This document shows, piece after piece, positions 22,471-35,696 of a stretch of 64,000 nt of DNA. The notes under the pieces were generated by a model. That model saw nothing but the letters and a program-made list of their open reading frames with translations, was not told where the DNA came from and made no database searches. Made by a program: the position numbers and the translations under genes. The stretch is from contig CAVRJG010000052.1 in assembly GCA_963721455.1 (NCBI GenBank), positions 128,001 through 192,000 on the forward strand. Reading direction: 5' to 3'. Position 1 is the stretch's first letter, and every line of letters begins with the position of its first letter. Origin of the DNA: an uncultured Methanosarcinaceae archaeon (GTDB lineage: Archaea; Halobacteriota; Methanosarcinia; Methanosarcinales; Methanosarcinaceae).

Positions 22471-25400
22471 ATGGGCGAAACGATTGCAAGTGAGGAGATG
22501 CATGAATACTTCAATGAACTTGAAGCTAGGCTTAAAGAAGCGATCGAGCTTGCAAATATGGCTCGAGCCCGCGGAGGAGATCCGAAACCTATTGTAGAAA
22601 TTCCCCTTGCCAAGGATCTTGCAGATAGGGTTGAAAACCTTATAGGAGTAGAGGGAGTCGCTGCAAAGATCCGTGAGCTTGAGATAAAGATGTCCAGGGA
22701 AGAAGCTGCTCTCGAAATCGGGCGCCAGGTCGCAGAAGGAGAAGTGGGAAGCTTCTCCACAAAAAAGGATGCAGTTGAAGCTGCGATCCGGGTTTCCATG
22801 GCTGTCCTTACAGAAGGAGTGGTTGCAGCTCCTATTGAAGGGATTGACAAGGTCGAACTTGGGAAAAACGACGACGGTTCTCAGTATATCAGGATCTTTT
22901 ATTCCGGGCCAATCCGGAGTGCAGGCGGGACAGCCCAGGCCCTTTCCGTGCTTGTCGGCGACTATGTAAGGCGCGGGATCGGAATTGACCGCTACAAACC
23001 AAGGCCAGAGGAAGTAGAGCGCTATGTGGAAGAAATCCTGCTTTACAAGAGAGTTGCAAGCTTGCAATACACGCCTTCTGAAGATGAGATCCGCCTGATA
23101 GTCAGGAATTGTCCTGTCTGTATTGATGGGGACCCAACCGAGGATGCCGAGGTGGAAGGGCACAGAGACCTTGAAAGGATAGGGACAAACCGTGTTAGAG
23201 GGGGAATGTGCCTTGTGCTTGCTGAGGGGCTAGCCCTCAAAGCCCCCAAGGTCAAGAAACATGTTAACAAACTGAATATGGATGGGTGGGAATGGCTGGA
23301 AACGCTCATAGGTGGTGCAAAAAGCGAAGGGGATGAAGAAAATGAGCAGAAAAACAAAATCAAGCCGAAGGATAAGTACATAAAAGACCTGATTGCAGGC
23401 AGGCCTGTTTTTTCCCATCCTTCGAGGCCAGGCGGGTTCAGGCTCCGCTACGGGCGTTCCAGAAATACCTCTTTTGCGGCTGCAGGGGTTAATCCGTCTA
23501 CTATGGCGTTGCTTGACGATTTTATTGCTAACGGGACCCAGCTTAAGGTTGAAAGGCCTGGAAAAGCGGCAGCCATGTCTGCCGTGGACTCGATTGAAGG
23601 GCCGACTGTGCGCCTCTTTTCTGGAGACCTTGTTCGCATAGATGATTTAAAGGAAGCCTATGAACTCCGCTCACAGATAGAGGAAATAGTGGACATCGGG
23701 GAGATCCTGATTAATTACGGCGATTTCCTGGAAAACAATCATCCTCTTATGCCTTCACCGTATGTTTTCGAATGGTGGCATTACGACTATGAAGCAGCCT
23801 GCCCTGAAACGATACCGGAAAGAGAATTGAAAAACCCTTCTGCAGCTCTGGCTCTCAGGCTTGTGGAAGAATTCGATGTCCCTCTGCATCCGAAGTTTAC
23901 CTATCTCTGGCATGACATAAACCGAAATGAATTCGAGGCTCTGAGGAAATTCGTGGCTGATGAGGGAAGTTTTTCGGCTGAAAACGGAATTCTCAGGTTA
24001 CCCCTGAAAGCCTGCCTGGAAAGGGGTATTAAATCCATACTTGAAAAACTTCTTGTACTTCATAGGGTAAAAGATGAGACGATCCTGATTGAAGAATCTC
24101 TTCCTTTTATTTCCTGCCTTGGGCTTGACAGCCGCTTGAAAGAGAAGGCCCAGATGCCTGATACTGATAATATGGTGGATGCTGCAGCTTTTCTGAGCGG
24201 GTTTAAGGTCCTCCCCAGGGCTCCTTCGAGAATAGGGGCAAGGATGGGGAGGCCGGAAAAATCTGACCTGCGGAAGATGTCTCCTGCAGCTCAGGTCCTC
24301 TTCCCGATAAACAATGCCGGAGGAATTACCCGGAACCTTGTATCTGCTTCCGATTACACAGCTTCCATGAATGGAAAGATCGGTGAAATTGAAGTGGAAC
24401 TGGGGCTCAGAGAATGTCCTGTCTGCAGAAAAGAAGCCTATTTCTGGCGATGTGACTGCGGAGAGTATACACATCCAAAACTTTCCTGTCCCCGCTGCAA
24501 GATAGATGTTCGAGGGGCAGAAACCTGTCCTAAATGCGGAAGAAAAGCAACTTCTGTTGCAACTGTTAAACTGGATTTCCGTTCCATTTACAAGCAGGCC
24601 TTTGAGAATGTAGGGGAAAGGGAAAAAACGGATCTAATTAAAGGGGTAAAGCGGCTCATGAATGGGCAGATGACTCCCGAACCCCTCGAAAAAGGAATCC
24701 TGCGGGCAAAACATGACGTCTTTATTTTTAAGGATGGGACTGTCAGGTATGATATGTCAGATATCCCTCTTACGCATATCCGGGCTGATGAACTGGGGAT
24801 TACGGCAGCCAAACTCCGGGAACTCGGTTACGTGGAGGATATTTACGGAAAATCCCTTGAAAGGGATGACCAGATTGTCTGCCTGAAGGTCCAGGACCTT
24901 GTGATTTCTTATGACGGCGGCGAGTACATGCTGCGTACTGCAAAGTACGTCGATGACCTGCTTGTGAAGTATTACAAAGTTGAGCCCTATTACAATGCTG
25001 AAAACATCCAGGATCTGGTAGGCGTACTGCTTATAGGGCTTGCTCCGCATACCTCTGCAGGAGTACTCGGGCGCCTGATAGGGTTCACAAAAGCTTCAGT
25101 CGGTTATGCTCATCCTTTTTTCCATGCTTCAAAACGCCGGAACTGCGATGGGGATGAGGACTGCATAATGCTCCTTATGGATGGGATCCTTAATTTTTCG
25201 AGGGCTTATCTTCCCGATAAAAGAGGGGGAAAAATGGATGCTCCTCTTGTACTCACCACCAGGATCGACCCCAAAGAAGTGGACAAGGAAGCACATAATA
25301 TAGATGTGTCTGCAAGGTACCCTCTTGAGTTTTATAAAGCCACTCAGGAAATCAAAAATCCCACTGAACTTGAAGGCATTATGGATCTGGTTAGCGGTCG

Positions 25401-25911
25401 GCTTGGAACGCCGGAGCAGTATGAGCATTTTATGTTTACACACGATACTACGGATATTGCTGCAGGCCCGCTCAACTCTTCATATAAGACTCTGGGAAGC
25501 ATGATCGATAAAATGGAGGCTCAGCTTTCCCTGGCTAGCAAGATAAGGGCAGTAGATGCTCCTGATGTGGCTGAAAGGGTGCTTAAGTCTCATTTCCTTC
25601 CTGACCTTATCGGAAACCTCCGCTCTTTTTCCAGGCAGCGGATGCGCTGTGTCAAGTGCGCAGAGAAGTTCAGGCGCCCTCCTCTGACCGGCACCTGCCC
25701 TAAATGCGGAGGCAATGTTATACTGACCGTGCATGAGGGATCTGTTCGTAAATATCTTGAAATTTCAAAAGAGATTGGGGAAAGATACGGAGTTTCCAGC
25801 TACACCCGACAAAGGGTCGAACTCCTGGATAAAGATATCTGTTCTCTGTTCGAAAATCACAGGGTTAAACAACTGGGACTTTCGGATTTCATGTCTGGAG
25901 CTCCGCGCTGA
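22471..25911 (+). CDS. polC: DNA polymerase D large subunit DP2
   Basis: [16 protein letters not shown], the catalytic [10 protein letters not shown], and Zn-finger clusters. No intein. Confidence 0.97.
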   Translation: MGETIASEEMHEYFNELEARLKEAIELANMARARGGDPKPIVEIPLAKDLADRVENLIGVEGVAAKIRELEIKMSREEAALEIGRQVAEGEVGSFSTKKDAVEAAIRVSMAVLTEGVVAAPIEGIDKVELGKNDDGSQYIRIFYSGPIRSAGGTAQALSVLVGDYVRRGIGIDRYKPRPEEVERYVEEILLYKRVASLQYTPSEDEIRLIVRNCPVCIDGDPTEDAEVEGHRDLERIGTNRVRGGMCLVLAEGLALKAPKVKKHVNKLNMDGWEWLETLIGGAKSEGDEENEQKNKIKPKDKYIKDLIAGRPVFSHPSRPGGFRLRYGRSRNTSFAAAGVNPSTMALLDDFIANGTQLKVERPGKAAAMSAVDSIEGPTVRLFSGDLVRIDDLKEAYELRSQIEEIVDIGEILINYGDFLENNHPLMPSPYVFEWWHYDYEAACPETIPERELKNPSAALALRLVEEFDVPLHPKFTYLWHDINRNEFEALRKFVADEGSFSAENGILRLPLKACLERGIKSILEKLLVLHRVKDETILIEESLPFISCLGLDSRLKEKAQMPDTDNMVDAAAFLSGFKVLPRAPSRIGARMGRPEKSDLRKMSPAAQVLFPINNAGGITRNLVSASDYTASMNGKIGEIEVELGLRECPVCRKEAYFWRCDCGEYTHPKLSCPRCKIDVRGAETCPKCGRKATSVATVKLDFRSIYKQAFENVGEREKTDLIKGVKRLMNGQMTPEPLEKGILRAKHDVFIFKDGTVRYDMSDIPLTHIRADELGITAAKLRELGYVEDIYGKSLERDDQIVCLKVQDLVISYDGGEYMLRTAKYVDDLLVKYYKVEPYYNAENIQDLVGVLLIGLAPHTSAGVLGRLIGFTKASVGYAHPFFHASKRRNCDGDEDCIMLLMDGILNFSRAYLPDKRGGKMDAPLVLTTRIDPKEVDKEAHNIDVSARYPLEFYKATQEIKNPTELEGIMDLVSGRLGTPEQYEHFMFTHDTTDIAAGPLNSSYKTLGSMIDKMEAQLSLASKIRAVDAPDVAERVLKSHFLPDLIGNLRSFSRQRMRCVKCAEKFRRPPLTGTCPKCGGNVILTVHEGSVRKYLEISKEIGERYGVSSYTRQRVELLDKDICSLFENHRVKQLGLSDFMSGAPR

Positions 25912-26277
25912 AAAAAGAACAAAATGAAATATTAATATTAAAAAAAAATTTATCATGATGGGCAGGGAGGGGATAGGGCAGTTTGAAAGCCCGAAGATAT
26001 AGAAGAATTTGTTAATTAATTCTCTAACCTTACTATGTCGAGCCCTACAATTCCTTTAGAAAACGATCATTTTCAGCTTTAATTTTCCCTTGCAGGCGAA
26101 ATACTGTCCGATTTGAACTGACACTTTTCTATATATTTCACCGGTAATTATATAATTATGGTATTATTTATGTAGTATCTGTCTGATTATCTGTACTTCC
26201 TTATGTGGCTATTTTTGAATAAAGTATGGGCTTTTCTTAGATCTGGATTGAAAGTTTTTTTCGTTTATCATTCGATT

Positions 26278-27513
26278 TTATTCCAGAGGCAGCCCAAGTG
26301 AGTTGATTTGCTGTATAAGCTCAGTAAAGTTTTCGATTTCCAGTTCCAGAACTTCCTCTCTCGTCATGCCTATTGACATTTCCCCATCTACGGAGAGGTA
26401 CTCCGGGCCCCTGCGAACAAGCCTGTCAACCCCGTCTCTTTTAAGGGTTTCTTTAACTTCCATATCATGGACAAAGGCCCTTCCAGGAATAAAAACAGTT
26501 TCATTCACCTCCGATAGATCCAGCGTTTTGAAGTCTTCCATCGTAATCAGGCATCCGATGTCCTTTTTTGGGGAAACTACATTTACAGAACCCCCAAGGG
26601 TCTCAAAGATTTCCCTCAATCTTGGGGCTGCTATCTGGCCTGTAATTACAGTGGCTTTTTTTGTAATTTTCGGAAGCTTTGCAAGGGCTTCGGGGACATT
26701 CCGGATGGCAAAAGGAGAACCAATCAAAGGGTCTTCAAGTGGGGTTCCCGTGACCCTCATGGAAGGATGTTTTGCTGCAGAACTGCGTACCAGCTCTGTG
26801 AAATCCTGAACACTATGCGGAGTTATGCCCGGAATGATAGGGGCATTGTTCAGGATCAGTCCGTTTTCCCGGAAGTTTGCAAACCTCATCAAAATAGTCC
26901 CCTTCGCACCCATGATCTCCAGATCACTCAGAGTTCTATCAAGGACTTCTCCGTCATTTACTCCAGGAATTAGTACGATTGCCCCGTATACGTCACAATG
27001 ATTACAGAAGTCTTTAAGAACCTGCAAAGAAGCCTCTGGCTCCGGGTCTTTCATATATTCAGCTCTTAAAGCCGGATCAGTTGCAAAGACTGTAAAACTC
27101 ACCTCTGTGACTCCATGGTCTATATAGAAAAGAGCATCTTCAGGCTTGCTGAAGCCTTTTCCGCTTGTATACCCCAGGTGTATGGGAGTCCTGAACTGAG
27201 ACAGGAAAGCGACAAGATTTTTCAGTTCAGGGTAGCAGCTTAAATCGCCTCCTCCGCTGATAGTGAATTTTCCTATTTCTCCACTTGCGAAAGAGAGCTT
27301 TCTTGCAGTTTCTTCCAGTACCATCTGAAGAGGTTTGAAGCCTGAGTATGATTCCTTTACACTGCGGGTACAATAGTCACATCCCTTTTTGAAAGGAAGA
27401 CAGTACTTGCAGCCAAGGGGCTGAGTATCTTTAACCTTTTTGAAATAGCAATATTTGCAAAAGCCTCTGCAGTCTGCCCCGGGATTTCCGCCTACGTCAA
27501 CAACTACTTCCAT
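26278..27513 (-). CDS. mmp10: Methanogenesis marker protein 10 (radical SAM MCR arginine methyltransferase)
   Basis: [24 protein letters not shown] (CxxxCxxC), divergent from mcrB as is known in Methanosarcina. Confidence 0.92.
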   Translation of the reverse strand: MEVVVDVGGNPGADCRGFCKYCYFKKVKDTQPLGCKYCLPFKKGCDYCTRSVKESYSGFKPLQMVLEETARKLSFASGEIGKFTISGGGDLSCYPELKNLVAFLSQFRTPIHLGYTSGKGFSKPEDALFYIDHGVTEVSFTVFATDPALRAEYMKDPEPEASLQVLKDFCNHCDVYGAIVLIPGVNDGEVLDRTLSDLEIMGAKGTILMRFANFRENGLILNNAPIIPGITPHSVQDFTELVRSSAAKHPSMRVTGTPLEDPLIGSPFAIRNVPEALAKLPKITKKATVITGQIAAPRLREIFETLGGSVNVVSPKKDIGCLITMEDFKTLDLSEVNETVFIPGRAFVHDMEVKETLKRDGVDRLVRRGPEYLSVDGEMSIGMTREEVLELEIENFTELIQQINSLGLPLE

Positions 27514-27783
27514 ATTAAACTTTCGTATTACTAGGATATTACTAAATCTTTTTGGTATGATTCTCAGGTGACAAATCAACATATGGAAAAATTTACAGTC
27601 ATTTTCTCAGGTTCTTAAAAAATATTTTTATTAAGTATCTTTGTATATTTTTGGCGGCTTTAAGTAACGTTGAAATTATATTTCTCTATTGATACCGTTT
27701 TTTTATATAATCATACAAAAATAGATTTCACATTAATAAAAACAATTTTAAAAAAATACATGAATTTATCTGGGGGAGAACAC

Positions 27784-27797
27784 AAAAGATTTAAGTA
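27784..27797 (+). promoter_or_regulatory. mcrB promoter BRE/TATA
   Basis: AAAAGATTTAAGTA about 140 bp upstream of mcrB, with a GGAGG RBS before the GTG start. Confidence 0.7.
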
Positions 27798-27932
27798 CCT
27801 TCTAAACGAATGAGATTTCATTGGGAAAGTGGACACTTAAAAACGATACGGTACTTGATTTATTGAGTGCAAAGTCACTCGAATAGGTGACCAGTCCCAA
27901 AATGATTTTAATAAATTAAGGAGGAAATTTAA

Positions 27933-29237
27933 GTGTCTGACACAGTAGACATCTACGACGACAGAGGAAAACTGCTCGAGAGCAAAGTCGACATCATGAA
28001 CCTTGCTCCAACAAGAAACGCAGCAATTAAAAAAATTATCTTGGACACCAAGAGGTCTGTTGCAATCTCCCTCGGAGGTATTCAGGGCGCACTTGCCAGC
28101 GGTAAGATGGGCGGAAAGGGCCGTCAGATCTTAGGTCGTGGACTTAACTACGATATCGTAGGCAATGTTGATGCCATTGCAGCAAGCGTTAAGAGTCTTA
28201 TCCAGGTCGATGAAGGCGACGACTCAAATGTAAAGATCCTAAAAGGCGGAAAGAGCCTGCTCGTCCAGGTCCCAGAGTCCAGGATGATTGCCGGTGCCGA
28301 TTACATGTCCGCAACCACAGTCGGTGCAGCAGCAGTCACCCAGACGATTCTGGATATGTTCAAGACCGATATGTATGATGCACCCATAGTGAAGGGCGCT
28401 GTCTGGGGAAGCTATCCGCAGACAATGGACCTCATGGGCGGAAACGTTGCAGGTATCCTGAGCATTCCCCAGAACAACGAAGGTCTCGGCTTCTCCCTCA
28501 GGAACATCATGGCAAACCACGTTGCAGCGATCACCAACCGCTCTGCAATGAACTCAGCTGCTCTCTCTTCTATCTATGAGCAGGCTGGTATCTTCGAGAT
28601 GGGTGGCGCAGTCGGTATGTTCGAGAGGCATCAGCTCCTCGGTCTCGCATGCCAGGGTCTCAACGCCAACAATGTCGTATATGACGTTGTAAAGGAAAAC
28701 GGCAAGAATGGTACCATTGGAACCGTTATCCAGTCCATCGTTGGCAGGGCAATTGAAGACGGCGTTATTTCCGTTGACAAGACAGCTCCCTCCGGATACA
28801 AATTCTACAAGGCAAATGACGTCCCCATGTGGAACGCCTATGCAGCAGCCGGTACACTTGCAGCCACTCTCGTGAACTGTGGTGCAGGACGTGCAGCTCA
28901 GAACGTTTCCTCAACACTTCTCTACTTCAACGACATACTTGAGAAGGAAACCGGTCTCCCAGGATGCGACTACGGTAAAGTACAGGGTGTCGCAGTAGGG
29001 TTCTCATTCTTCAGCCACTCCATTTATGGTGGCGGTGGACCTGGTGTCTTCAACGGTAACCACGTCGTTACCAGGCACTCCAGAGGATTTGCAATCCCCT
29101 GCGTATGCGCAGCAGTAGCCCTTGATGCAGGTACCCAGATGTTCACAATTGAATCAACATCCGGCCTCATTGGCGATGTGTTTGGTGGAATCAAGGAATT
29201 CCGCGAGCCTATTAAGGCAGTTGCAGGAGCGCTCTAA
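27933..29237 (+). CDS. mcrB: Methyl-coenzyme M reductase beta subunit
   Basis: [11 protein letters not shown] and [13 protein letters not shown]. Confidence 0.98.
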   Translation: MSDTVDIYDDRGKLLESKVDIMNLAPTRNAAIKKIILDTKRSVAISLGGIQGALASGKMGGKGRQILGRGLNYDIVGNVDAIAASVKSLIQVDEGDDSNVKILKGGKSLLVQVPESRMIAGADYMSATTVGAAAVTQTILDMFKTDMYDAPIVKGAVWGSYPQTMDLMGGNVAGILSIPQNNEGLGFSLRNIMANHVAAITNRSAMNSAALSSIYEQAGIFEMGGAVGMFERHQLLGLACQGLNANNVVYDVVKENGKNGTIGTVIQSIVGRAIEDGVISVDKTAPSGYKFYKANDVPMWNAYAAAGTLAATLVNCGAGRAAQNVSSTLLYFNDILEKETGLPGCDYGKVQGVAVGFSFFSHSIYGGGGPGVFNGNHVVTRHSRGFAIPCVCAAVALDAGTQMFTIESTSGLIGDVFGGIKEFREPIKAVAGAL

Positions 29238-29261
29238 ACATATAACTCGAAAGGTCTAACG

Positions 29262-29765
29262 ATGTCAGACTCTGCTTCAAATAAGGAAGATTCTATTCAA
29301 ATCGAAATCTTTCCCAGTAGAATCCTGTCTCCTGAAACAGCTCAGAAGCTCATATCTGAGATCTACAAGGTTGACGGGGTAATCCGCGTTTTGGTGCAAG
29401 GCAACAGATTGCCTGAAAGGGTATCTGCAGGCCCCGGCACCGGGGAAAAAGTGGAACATCCACTACGAAAGCCTATTCAGATTGGAGATCAGGTTATTGA
29501 ATTGAAGATCTGTGCAGGCAGGATCAGGATTGAACTTTCAAACGCCGAAGCTAAAGAAAATATCAGGGAACTGTGCGAAAAACTGCTCCCCTTTCCCTTT
29601 GAATTTAGGGAAGGACACTTTTTCCGGAAAAAGCCTACAGTAACTGACTATGCAAAACTTGGTCCTGAAGCAGACCCTCGCTTGCTTGGTATGGTAGATC
29701 CGAAAGCTAAGACAAATCAACTCGTCTTCATCGAGAAGCAAGAGAAAATGGATAAAGATGAGTGA
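29262..29765 (+). CDS. mcrD: MCR operon protein D
   Basis: IEIFPSRIL...KPTVTDYAKLG and operon position. Confidence 0.95.
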   Translation: MSDSASNKEDSIQIEIFPSRILSPETAQKLISEIYKVDGVIRVLVQGNRLPERVSAGPGTGEKVEHPLRKPIQIGDQVIELKICAGRIRIELSNAEAKENIRELCEKLLPFPFEFREGHFFRKKPTVTDYAKLGPEADPRLLGMVDPKAKTNQLVFIEKQEKMDKDE

Positions 29766-29771
29766 AAAAGT

Positions 29772-30392
29772 ATGATGATCGATCGGGAAACGCAGGTAGT
29801 TGACTGCAGATGTGGTGCGGGACTTGGCAGAGGAGGAGGACTTGCTCAGCGAGGCACTCTCTCGGAAGCCGGCCGTGCTGAGGTCGTAGCCATTGCCATG
29901 AGTCCCGGCCAGAGACACATCACAAAACCGGTGTGTGAGATCACATACGGCATGAGGAAAGAAAACATTCAGGTCAGTGTGCTGGTACTCTATTCAGGTT
30001 CCGGAATCCCTGAATCAGGTATGAGGACCGGATCTTTTGTATTGAGTCCAGTAGAAGTCTCACAGATTGAAATGCACAAACTGGCTGTTATTCACCTCGG
30101 AAATATCAAGGACCATGTAGTTAGGAAAGCCAGGGAAATCTTGAGCCAGGCTAATATTCCGGCAATTGTAGTCAGTCAGATCCCGGTAGATTTTGAAGAT
30201 TTTGCAGAAGCAGGGATAAAGACGAGATTAGTGATGCCAAGGGATGAAAATATTCGTACGAAAGGAATTGTGATGGATATGGTGAGTGGAGTTACACGCG
30301 GTGATTCCTGTCCCAGGGATAAACTAAATTCAATCGTTAAATACGTCAAGACTACATTAGACCAGTTAGAAGATCACAAAGGAGTTGCATGA
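29772..30392 (+). CDS. mcrC: MCR operon protein C
   Basis: VVDCRCGAGLGRGGGLAQRGT. Confidence 0.95.
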   Translation: MMIDRETQVVDCRCGAGLGRGGGLAQRGTLSEAGRAEVVAIAMSPGQRHITKPVCEITYGMRKENIQVSVLVLYSGSGIPESGMRTGSFVLSPVEVSQIEMHKLAVIHLGNIKDHVVRKAREILSQANIPAIVVSQIPVDFEDFAEAGIKTRLVMPRDENIRTKGIVMDMVSGVTRGDSCPRDKLNSIVKYVKTTLDQLEDHKGVA

Positions 30393-30393
30393 G

Positions 30394-31140
30394 ATGGCTT
30401 ACAAAGCACAATTTTATCCAGGCGCAACATCAGTTGGCGTTAACAGAAGAAAGCATATGTCTGGGAAACTTGAGAAACTCAGGGAAATCTCAGATGAAGA
30501 CTTAACTGCAATCCTCGGACACCGTGCCCCAGGGAGCGACTACCCGAGCACCCACCCACCACTTGCAGAGATGGGAGAGCCCGCATGCTCGACCCGTGAG
30601 ATCGTTGAAGCTACACCCGGTGCAAAGGCAGGTGACAGGGTCAGGTACGTTCAGTTCGCTGACTCCATGTACAACGCGCCTGCAACCCCGTACTTCAGAT
30701 CATACTTTGCAGCAATAAACTTCAGAGGCGTAGACCCAGGTACCCTTTCCGGTCGTCAGATCGTTGAAGCCCGTGAAAGAGACATGGAAAAGTGCGCAAA
30801 GGTCCAGCTGGAAACCGAAATGAGCTGCCCTGCACTTTCCGGTATGCGCGGTGCAACAGTTCACGGTCACTCCGTCCGTCTCCAGGAAGACGGTGTAATG
30901 TTCGACATGGTCGACAGGAGAAGACTCGAAGGCGGCACTATCATTATGGACAAGGACCAGGTTGCAATTCCTCTCGACAGGAAAGTAGACCTCGGCAAGC
31001 CTATGTCCAGTGAAGAAGCTGCAAAGAGGACCACCATTTACCGTGTGGACAATGTAGCCTTCAGGGCCGATGCAGAGGTCATTGAATGGGTACAGAGAGT
31101 ATTCGATGAGAGAACAATATACGGATTCCAGCCGAAATGA
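30394..31140 (+). CDS. mcrG: Methyl-coenzyme M reductase gamma subunit
   Basis: [17 protein letters not shown] and RGATVHGHS. Confidence 0.98.
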   Translation: MAYKAQFYPGATSVGVNRRKHMSGKLEKLREISDEDLTAILGHRAPGSDYPSTHPPLAEMGEPACSTREIVEATPGAKAGDRVRYVQFADSMYNAPATPYFRSYFAAINFRGVDPGTLSGRQIVEARERDMEKCAKVQLETEMSCPALSGMRGATVHGHSVRLQEDGVMFDMVDRRRLEGGTIIMDKDQVAIPLDRKVDLGKPMSSEEAAKRTTIYRVDNVAFRADAEVIEWVQRVFDERTIYGFQPK

Positions 31141-31150
31141 GGTGACCACA

Positions 31151-32866
31151 ATGGCAGCAGATATTTTCTCAAAATTCAAAAAGTCAATGGAAGTTAAGTT
31201 CACACAGGAATTTGGTACAAACAAGCAGTCTACCACGGACATCACCGGCAAGACAGAAAAATTCCTGAGGCTTGGGCCTGAGCAGGACCCCCGAAAGGTC
31301 GAAATGATTAAGGCCGGAAAGGAAATCGCAGAGAAAAGAGGTATTGCATTCTACAACCCAATGATGCACTCCGGTGCTCCACTCGGTCAGCGTGCAATTA
31401 CTCCTTACGTTATCTCTGGCACTGATATTGTTGCAGAACCTGACGACCTCCACTATGTAAACAACGCTGCAATGCAGCAGATGTGGGATGACATCAGGAG
31501 AACCTGTATTGTCGGTCTTGACCTTGCTCACGAGACCCTTGAGAAGAGGTTGGGTAAGGAAGTTACCCCTGAAACCATCAACCACTACCTTGAAGTCCTC
31601 AACCACGCCATGCCCGGTGCAGCAGTGGTTCAGGAAATGATGGTCGAGACACACCCAGCACTTGTTGACGACTGTTACGTCAAAATCTTCACAGGCGATG
31701 ACGAGCTTGCAGACGAAATCGACAAGCAGTTCTTGATCGACATCAACAAGGAGTTCAATTCAGAACAGGCAGCCCAGATTAAGGCCTCCATCGGCAAGAC
31801 CTCCTGGCAGGCAATCCACATCCCAACAATTGTCTCCAGAACAACTGACGGTGCACAGACCTCCAGATGGGCAGCCATGCAGATCGGTATGTCCTTCATC
31901 TCCGCATACTCAATGTGCGCCGGTGAAGCAGCAGTCGCTGACCTGTCCTTCGCTGCAAAGCACGCAGCTCTCGTCTCCATGGGTGAAATGCTCCCCGCAA
32001 GGCGTGCACGTGGCCCTAACGAGCCAGGTGGACTTTCCTTCGGTCACCTCTCAGACATCATCCAGACAAGCCGCACAGTCGCTGACGACCCAGCAAAGGT
32101 TTCCCTTGAAGTTGTCGGCGCAGGCTGCATGCTCTACGACCAGATCTGGCTCGGATCCTACATGTCCGGTGGTGTCGGCTTTACTCAGTATGCAACAGCT
32201 GCATACACCGACGATATCCTCGACAACAACGTGTACTATAACATCGACTACATCAACGACAAGTACAACGGTGCTGCAAATGTAGGCAAGGACAACAAGG
32301 TAAAGGCAACCCTCGACGTCGTAAAGGACATTGCAACCGAGTCCACACTCTACGGTATCGAGACCTACGAAAAGTTCCCGACTGCCCTTGAAGACCACTT
32401 CGGTGGGTCCCAGAGAGCAACCGTGCTTGCAGCAGCAGCCGGTGTCTGTACTGCAATCGCAACCGCAAACGCAAATGCCGGTCTCTCCGGCTGGTACCTC
32501 TCCATGTACCTGCACAAGGAAGCATGGGGCCGTCTCGGCTTCTTCGGATACGACCTGCAGGACCAGTGTGGTGCCACAAACGTTCTGTCCTACCAGGGCG
32601 ACGAAGGTCTCCCAGACGAACTCCGTGGTCCAAACTACCCCAACTATGCAATGAACGTCGGCCACCAGGGTGGATACGCAGGTATCGCTCAGGGAGCCCA
32701 CGCAGGCCGCGGCGACGCATTCACCGTCAACCCGCTCATCAAGGTCTGCTTCGCTGACGACCTCATGCCCTTCAACTTCGCTGAGCCCAGGAGAGAGTTC
32801 GGCCGCGGTGCCATGAGAGAGTTCGTGCCTGCTGGTGAGAGATCCCTCGTCATTCCGGCAAAATAA
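31151..32866 (+). CDS. mcrA: Methyl-coenzyme M reductase alpha subunit
   Basis: [27 protein letters not shown] and NYAMNVGH. Confidence 0.99.
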   Translation: MAADIFSKFKKSMEVKFTQEFGTNKQSTTDITGKTEKFLRLGPEQDPRKVEMIKAGKEIAEKRGIAFYNPMMHSGAPLGQRAITPYVISGTDIVAEPDDLHYVNNAAMQQMWDDIRRTCIVGLDLAHETLEKRLGKEVTPETINHYLEVLNHAMPGAAVVQEMMVETHPALVDDCYVKIFTGDDELADEIDKQFLIDINKEFNSEQAAQIKASIGKTSWQAIHIPTIVSRTTDGAQTSRWAAMQIGMSFISAYSMCAGEAAVADLSFAAKHAALVSMGEMLPARRARGPNEPGGLSFGHLSDIIQTSRTVADDPAKVSLEVVGAGCMLYDQIWLGSYMSGGVGFTQYATAAYTDDILDNNVYYNIDYINDKYNGAANVGKDNKVKATLDVVKDIATESTLYGIETYEKFPTALEDHFGGSQRATVLAAAAGVCTAIATANANAGLSGWYLSMYLHKEAWGRLGFFGYDLQDQCGATNVLSYQGDEGLPDELRGPNYPNYAMNVGHQGGYAGIAQGAHAGRGDAFTVNPLIKVCFADDLMPFNFAEPRREFGRGAMREFVPAGERSLVIPAK

Positions 32867-32893
32867 ACTCAACAACTAAACATATTAAAACAG

Positions 32894-32928
32894 AGTAGGC
32901 CTTCTGGCCTACTTTTTATCTTTTTTTT
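32894..32928 (+). terminator. mcr operon terminator
   Basis: AGTAGGCC-TTCT-GGCCTACT hairpin followed by T-tracts. Confidence 0.8.
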
Positions 32929-33301
32929 CGATACCTGCTTTTCTGCACTGCTTTTCCTGAAATCGCTTCGTTTCATTAAGGTTATATATTCCACTTTCTC
33001 GTTATCTCCGGACTCTGGTTTTCTTCCTTTGCTTTTTCCAATTGTTCATTCCCAGGAAACGGCCTTTTTGAATTTTTGAAAGGTCAATTAAAAAAGGGAG
33101 CTTTGAAAGCTCTAATCAGAAATTAAAGCCCGAATAAATAGTATATCCATAAAATAGTCAAAGTAATGAACAAAACGCCTGAAAAGCATGTAATACGAGG
33201 AAAAAGGTGTAATTCGGGTCCTCCTGTCCGGATAGTTGCCTCAAAATTAAAGACGAGTCCTGCAGTTGGAGATCCTGCAAGTCTCAATTCCGGATGCCGA
33301 C

Positions 33302-34594
33302 TTATTCTTCCGAAATATTCTCAATTTTTGCTCCAAGGTTGCACATATCTTTAAAGAAATCCGGGTAAGAGATAGATACGGACTCTGTCGTGTCAATTGT
33401 TGTATTTCCTGCCACCATTCCTGCCATTGCAAGAGCCATGACAATCCTGTGGTCATGCCAGCCATGGACATCTGCTCCCTGCAGTTTTCCTCCGGTGATG
33501 GTCAGACTGTCCCTTTCTTCTTTAAGGCGGACTCCGAGTTTCGGAAGTTCGGTTGCAAGGGCGCAAAGCCTGTCCGTTTCCTTATATCGTACATGCTCGG
33601 CATTTTCAATTCTGCTTGTTCCTTCAGCAACTGCAGCCAGGACAGCAACTGTCGGGACAAGGTCAGGGGTTGCCCCGGCGTCAAAGGTTATGGCTTTTAG
33701 TGGTTTTCCTCCCCTGACGACTACAATACCGGCTTCCCTGTCCCAGGTGATGTCTGCTCCCATTTGTTTCAGAGTTTCAATAATTACCCTGTCTCCCTGT
33801 TTGGAGGGAAAGAGGTTTTTAACCGCAATTTCGGACCCATCTGTCATGGCTGCAGCTGCAAGCAGGTAGGATGCAGAGGAAAAGTCGCCCGGAATGGTAT
33901 ACTCTTTGAGATCATACTTCTGTTTTCCAGGGATAATGAACCTTATATTGTCGTTATCATCTGTATGGATTTTGACTCCTGCCAGTTCAAGCATCTCAAT
34001 GGTTACGTCCACGTAAGGTCTTGACTTCAGTCTCCCTGTGATGGAAAGGGTGGTGCTGCTTTCGGCAAGTGGGCAGGTTATGAGAAGGGCAGAAATAAAC
34101 TGGGAACTGATAGAGCCGTTAATATTCACCTCCGCTCCCTCAAGTCCGCCTTTAACTACAAGCGGAGCCCTTTCGTTTCCCCTGGTAGAGCAGGCTTTTA
34201 CCCCCAACCTGTTGAGAACTTCGAGAAGAGGGCCGTTTGGCCGGGTGCGAAGGGAGGCATCTCCTGTAAGCACTGTAATCCCATCAGTAAGGGAGGCTAT
34301 TGCGGTCATGAAGCGAAGGGTTGTCCCTGAATTCGCAGCATCAATTACATCTTCCGGAACACTGGGTTTTCCATTAACTCCATGAATGATGAGGTTCTCT
34401 TCCTCCCTTTCAATCGAAGCCCCGAACATCTCGGAAGCCCGGATTGTAGCAAGAGTATCTGCAGAAATCAGGGGCCTCCTGATGATTGACTCTTTTGAGA
34501 GAGCTGCCAGGGTTATAGCCCTGTGAGTATAACTCTTTGAAGGCGGGGCAAAGACTTCCCCTTTGATTGAGGATTTGTTGATAGAAATACGCAT
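33302..34594 (-). CDS. aroA: 3-phosphoshikimate 1-carboxyvinyltransferase (EPSP synthase)
   Basis: PPSKSYTHR, NSGTTLRF, SSQFISALL, KETDR and DHRIVMA. Confidence 0.96.
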   Translation of the reverse strand: MRISINKSSIKGEVFAPPSKSYTHRAITLAALSKESIIRRPLISADTLATIRASEMFGASIEREEENLIIHGVNGKPSVPEDVIDAANSGTTLRFMTAIASLTDGITVLTGDASLRTRPNGPLLEVLNRLGVKACSTRGNERAPLVVKGGLEGAEVNINGSISSQFISALLITCPLAESSTTLSITGRLKSRPYVDVTIEMLELAGVKIHTDDNDNIRFIIPGKQKYDLKEYTIPGDFSSASYLLAAAAMTDGSEIAVKNLFPSKQGDRVIIETLKQMGADITWDREAGIVVVRGGKPLKAITFDAGATPDLVPTVAVLAAVAEGTSRIENAEHVRYKETDRLCALATELPKLGVRLKEERDSLTITGGKLQGADVHGWHDHRIVMALAMAGMVAGNTTIDTTESVSISYPDFFKDMCNLGAKIENISEE

Positions 34595-34696
34595 ATGTAC
34601 CAGAACTCTTCTATTTTTTTACGTTGGACTTTTTCCTGAGATTCAAGTGCTTACTTCTAGTCTTCTGAATACGATTATTTTGAATACGACTAAAAC

Positions 34697-35350
34697 TCAA
34701 TTCACCCCTTTTACGATACTTTCCACCAGATCCCAATCATGGTCATAGACATGCGCTGAAATGCTGATAGTAGTGATCGTTCCGGGTTCTGTTCCTACCC
34801 TGTCAGCCACGTACTCGAGGAGTTTCGAGAGCCCGTAAAGGTTTGCCGGGTAAGCTCCTCCGAAATCATGGCTTCTGAAGAGAGTCGTGAGATGCACTTT
34901 TCCATCCCTGATCTTAAAATCATCGAGCATCATGCAGGGAACTTCATTAACTTTCGTATCTACAGGAGGAATCCAGGTGATGGCTATTGCTCGCCTGGAG
35001 GTAGGGCTTTCCTGCAGCTTTTCGATCACGTACTCTATCTGGTCTACTTTTCCGTTCCAGTTCCTAAGACGCTGCCCATACGTGTACTCGAAGTCCTGTG
35101 CGTTTTCTCCCGAGATAAGCTGTTTTGCGTACTCTTCAAGCCTTTCCTCATTCCAGGCAGTATCTTCAGGAATCCTGTCCGTATAGGGATCTTCAATTAC
35201 CACCATCAAGTCCATGAATTCCCTGATCTGGCTTCCTCTCTCATCAGTAATCACAGTCCCGTGATTCCAGATGATATTAAGCCCGCGGTACCATGCATCA
35301 GAGATGCTTTTTGCCCTGATGATCCTGCCAATCTCAAACCTGTCTTCCAT
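34697..35350 (-). CDS. thyA: Thymidylate synthase (archaeal ThyA type)
   Basis: YTYGQRL, SRRA, VPC, FRSHD, PANLYGL and SAHVY. Confidence 0.88.
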   Translation of the reverse strand: MEDRFEIGRIIRAKSISDAWYRGLNIIWNHGTVITDERGSQIREFMDLMVVIEDPYTDRIPEDTAWNEERLEEYAKQLISGENAQDFEYTYGQRLRNWNGKVDQIEYVIEKLQESPTSRRAIAITWIPPVDTKVNEVPCMMLDDFKIRDGKVHLTTLFRSHDFGGAYPANLYGLSKLLEYVADRVGTEPGTITTISISAHVYDHDWDLVESIVKGVN

Positions 35351-35696
35351 TGAAAACTCCCCGATAAAATCAGGATAGGGTGTGGACAATTAATATCATA
35401 ATTCAATTACAAAAATATCCTTCTGATTTTTGCCAGCTTTTTTCCCTTCGAGTTGCTATTTTTATGTCTATTCTTTATCCGTTTTCTTTATCTAAAACTT
35501 TCTTTTATAAGTGCTTTTTCTCAAGTACAATCTGAAAATCTCACTATGTATATTGGTAGCATATATCACGCTTATCTTAAAAAAATTCCGGATAAAAAGA
35601 AGATCTGGAGAAAAGGAGTCAGATAATAAATTGAAGAACAGGAATTGAAGAAAAAAGTGAAGGAAAAGAAAAGAAATAAAGGTCCGAGAAATATTC

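Noticed and set aside
22471-25911. Intein in PolD DP2 (or in CDC48)
   Set aside because: Lengths are normal and the motifs are uninterrupted ([10 protein letters not shown] is contiguous).
26278-32866. mmp10-mcrBDCGA cluster as a novel system
   Set aside because: This is the canonical, well-described Methanosarcina arrangement.
457-32875. Long antisense or alternate-frame ORFs (e.g. 457-1251, 11356-12168, 22444-23163, 32051-32875)
   Set aside because: They are shadows of well-supported genes and have no motifs of their own.
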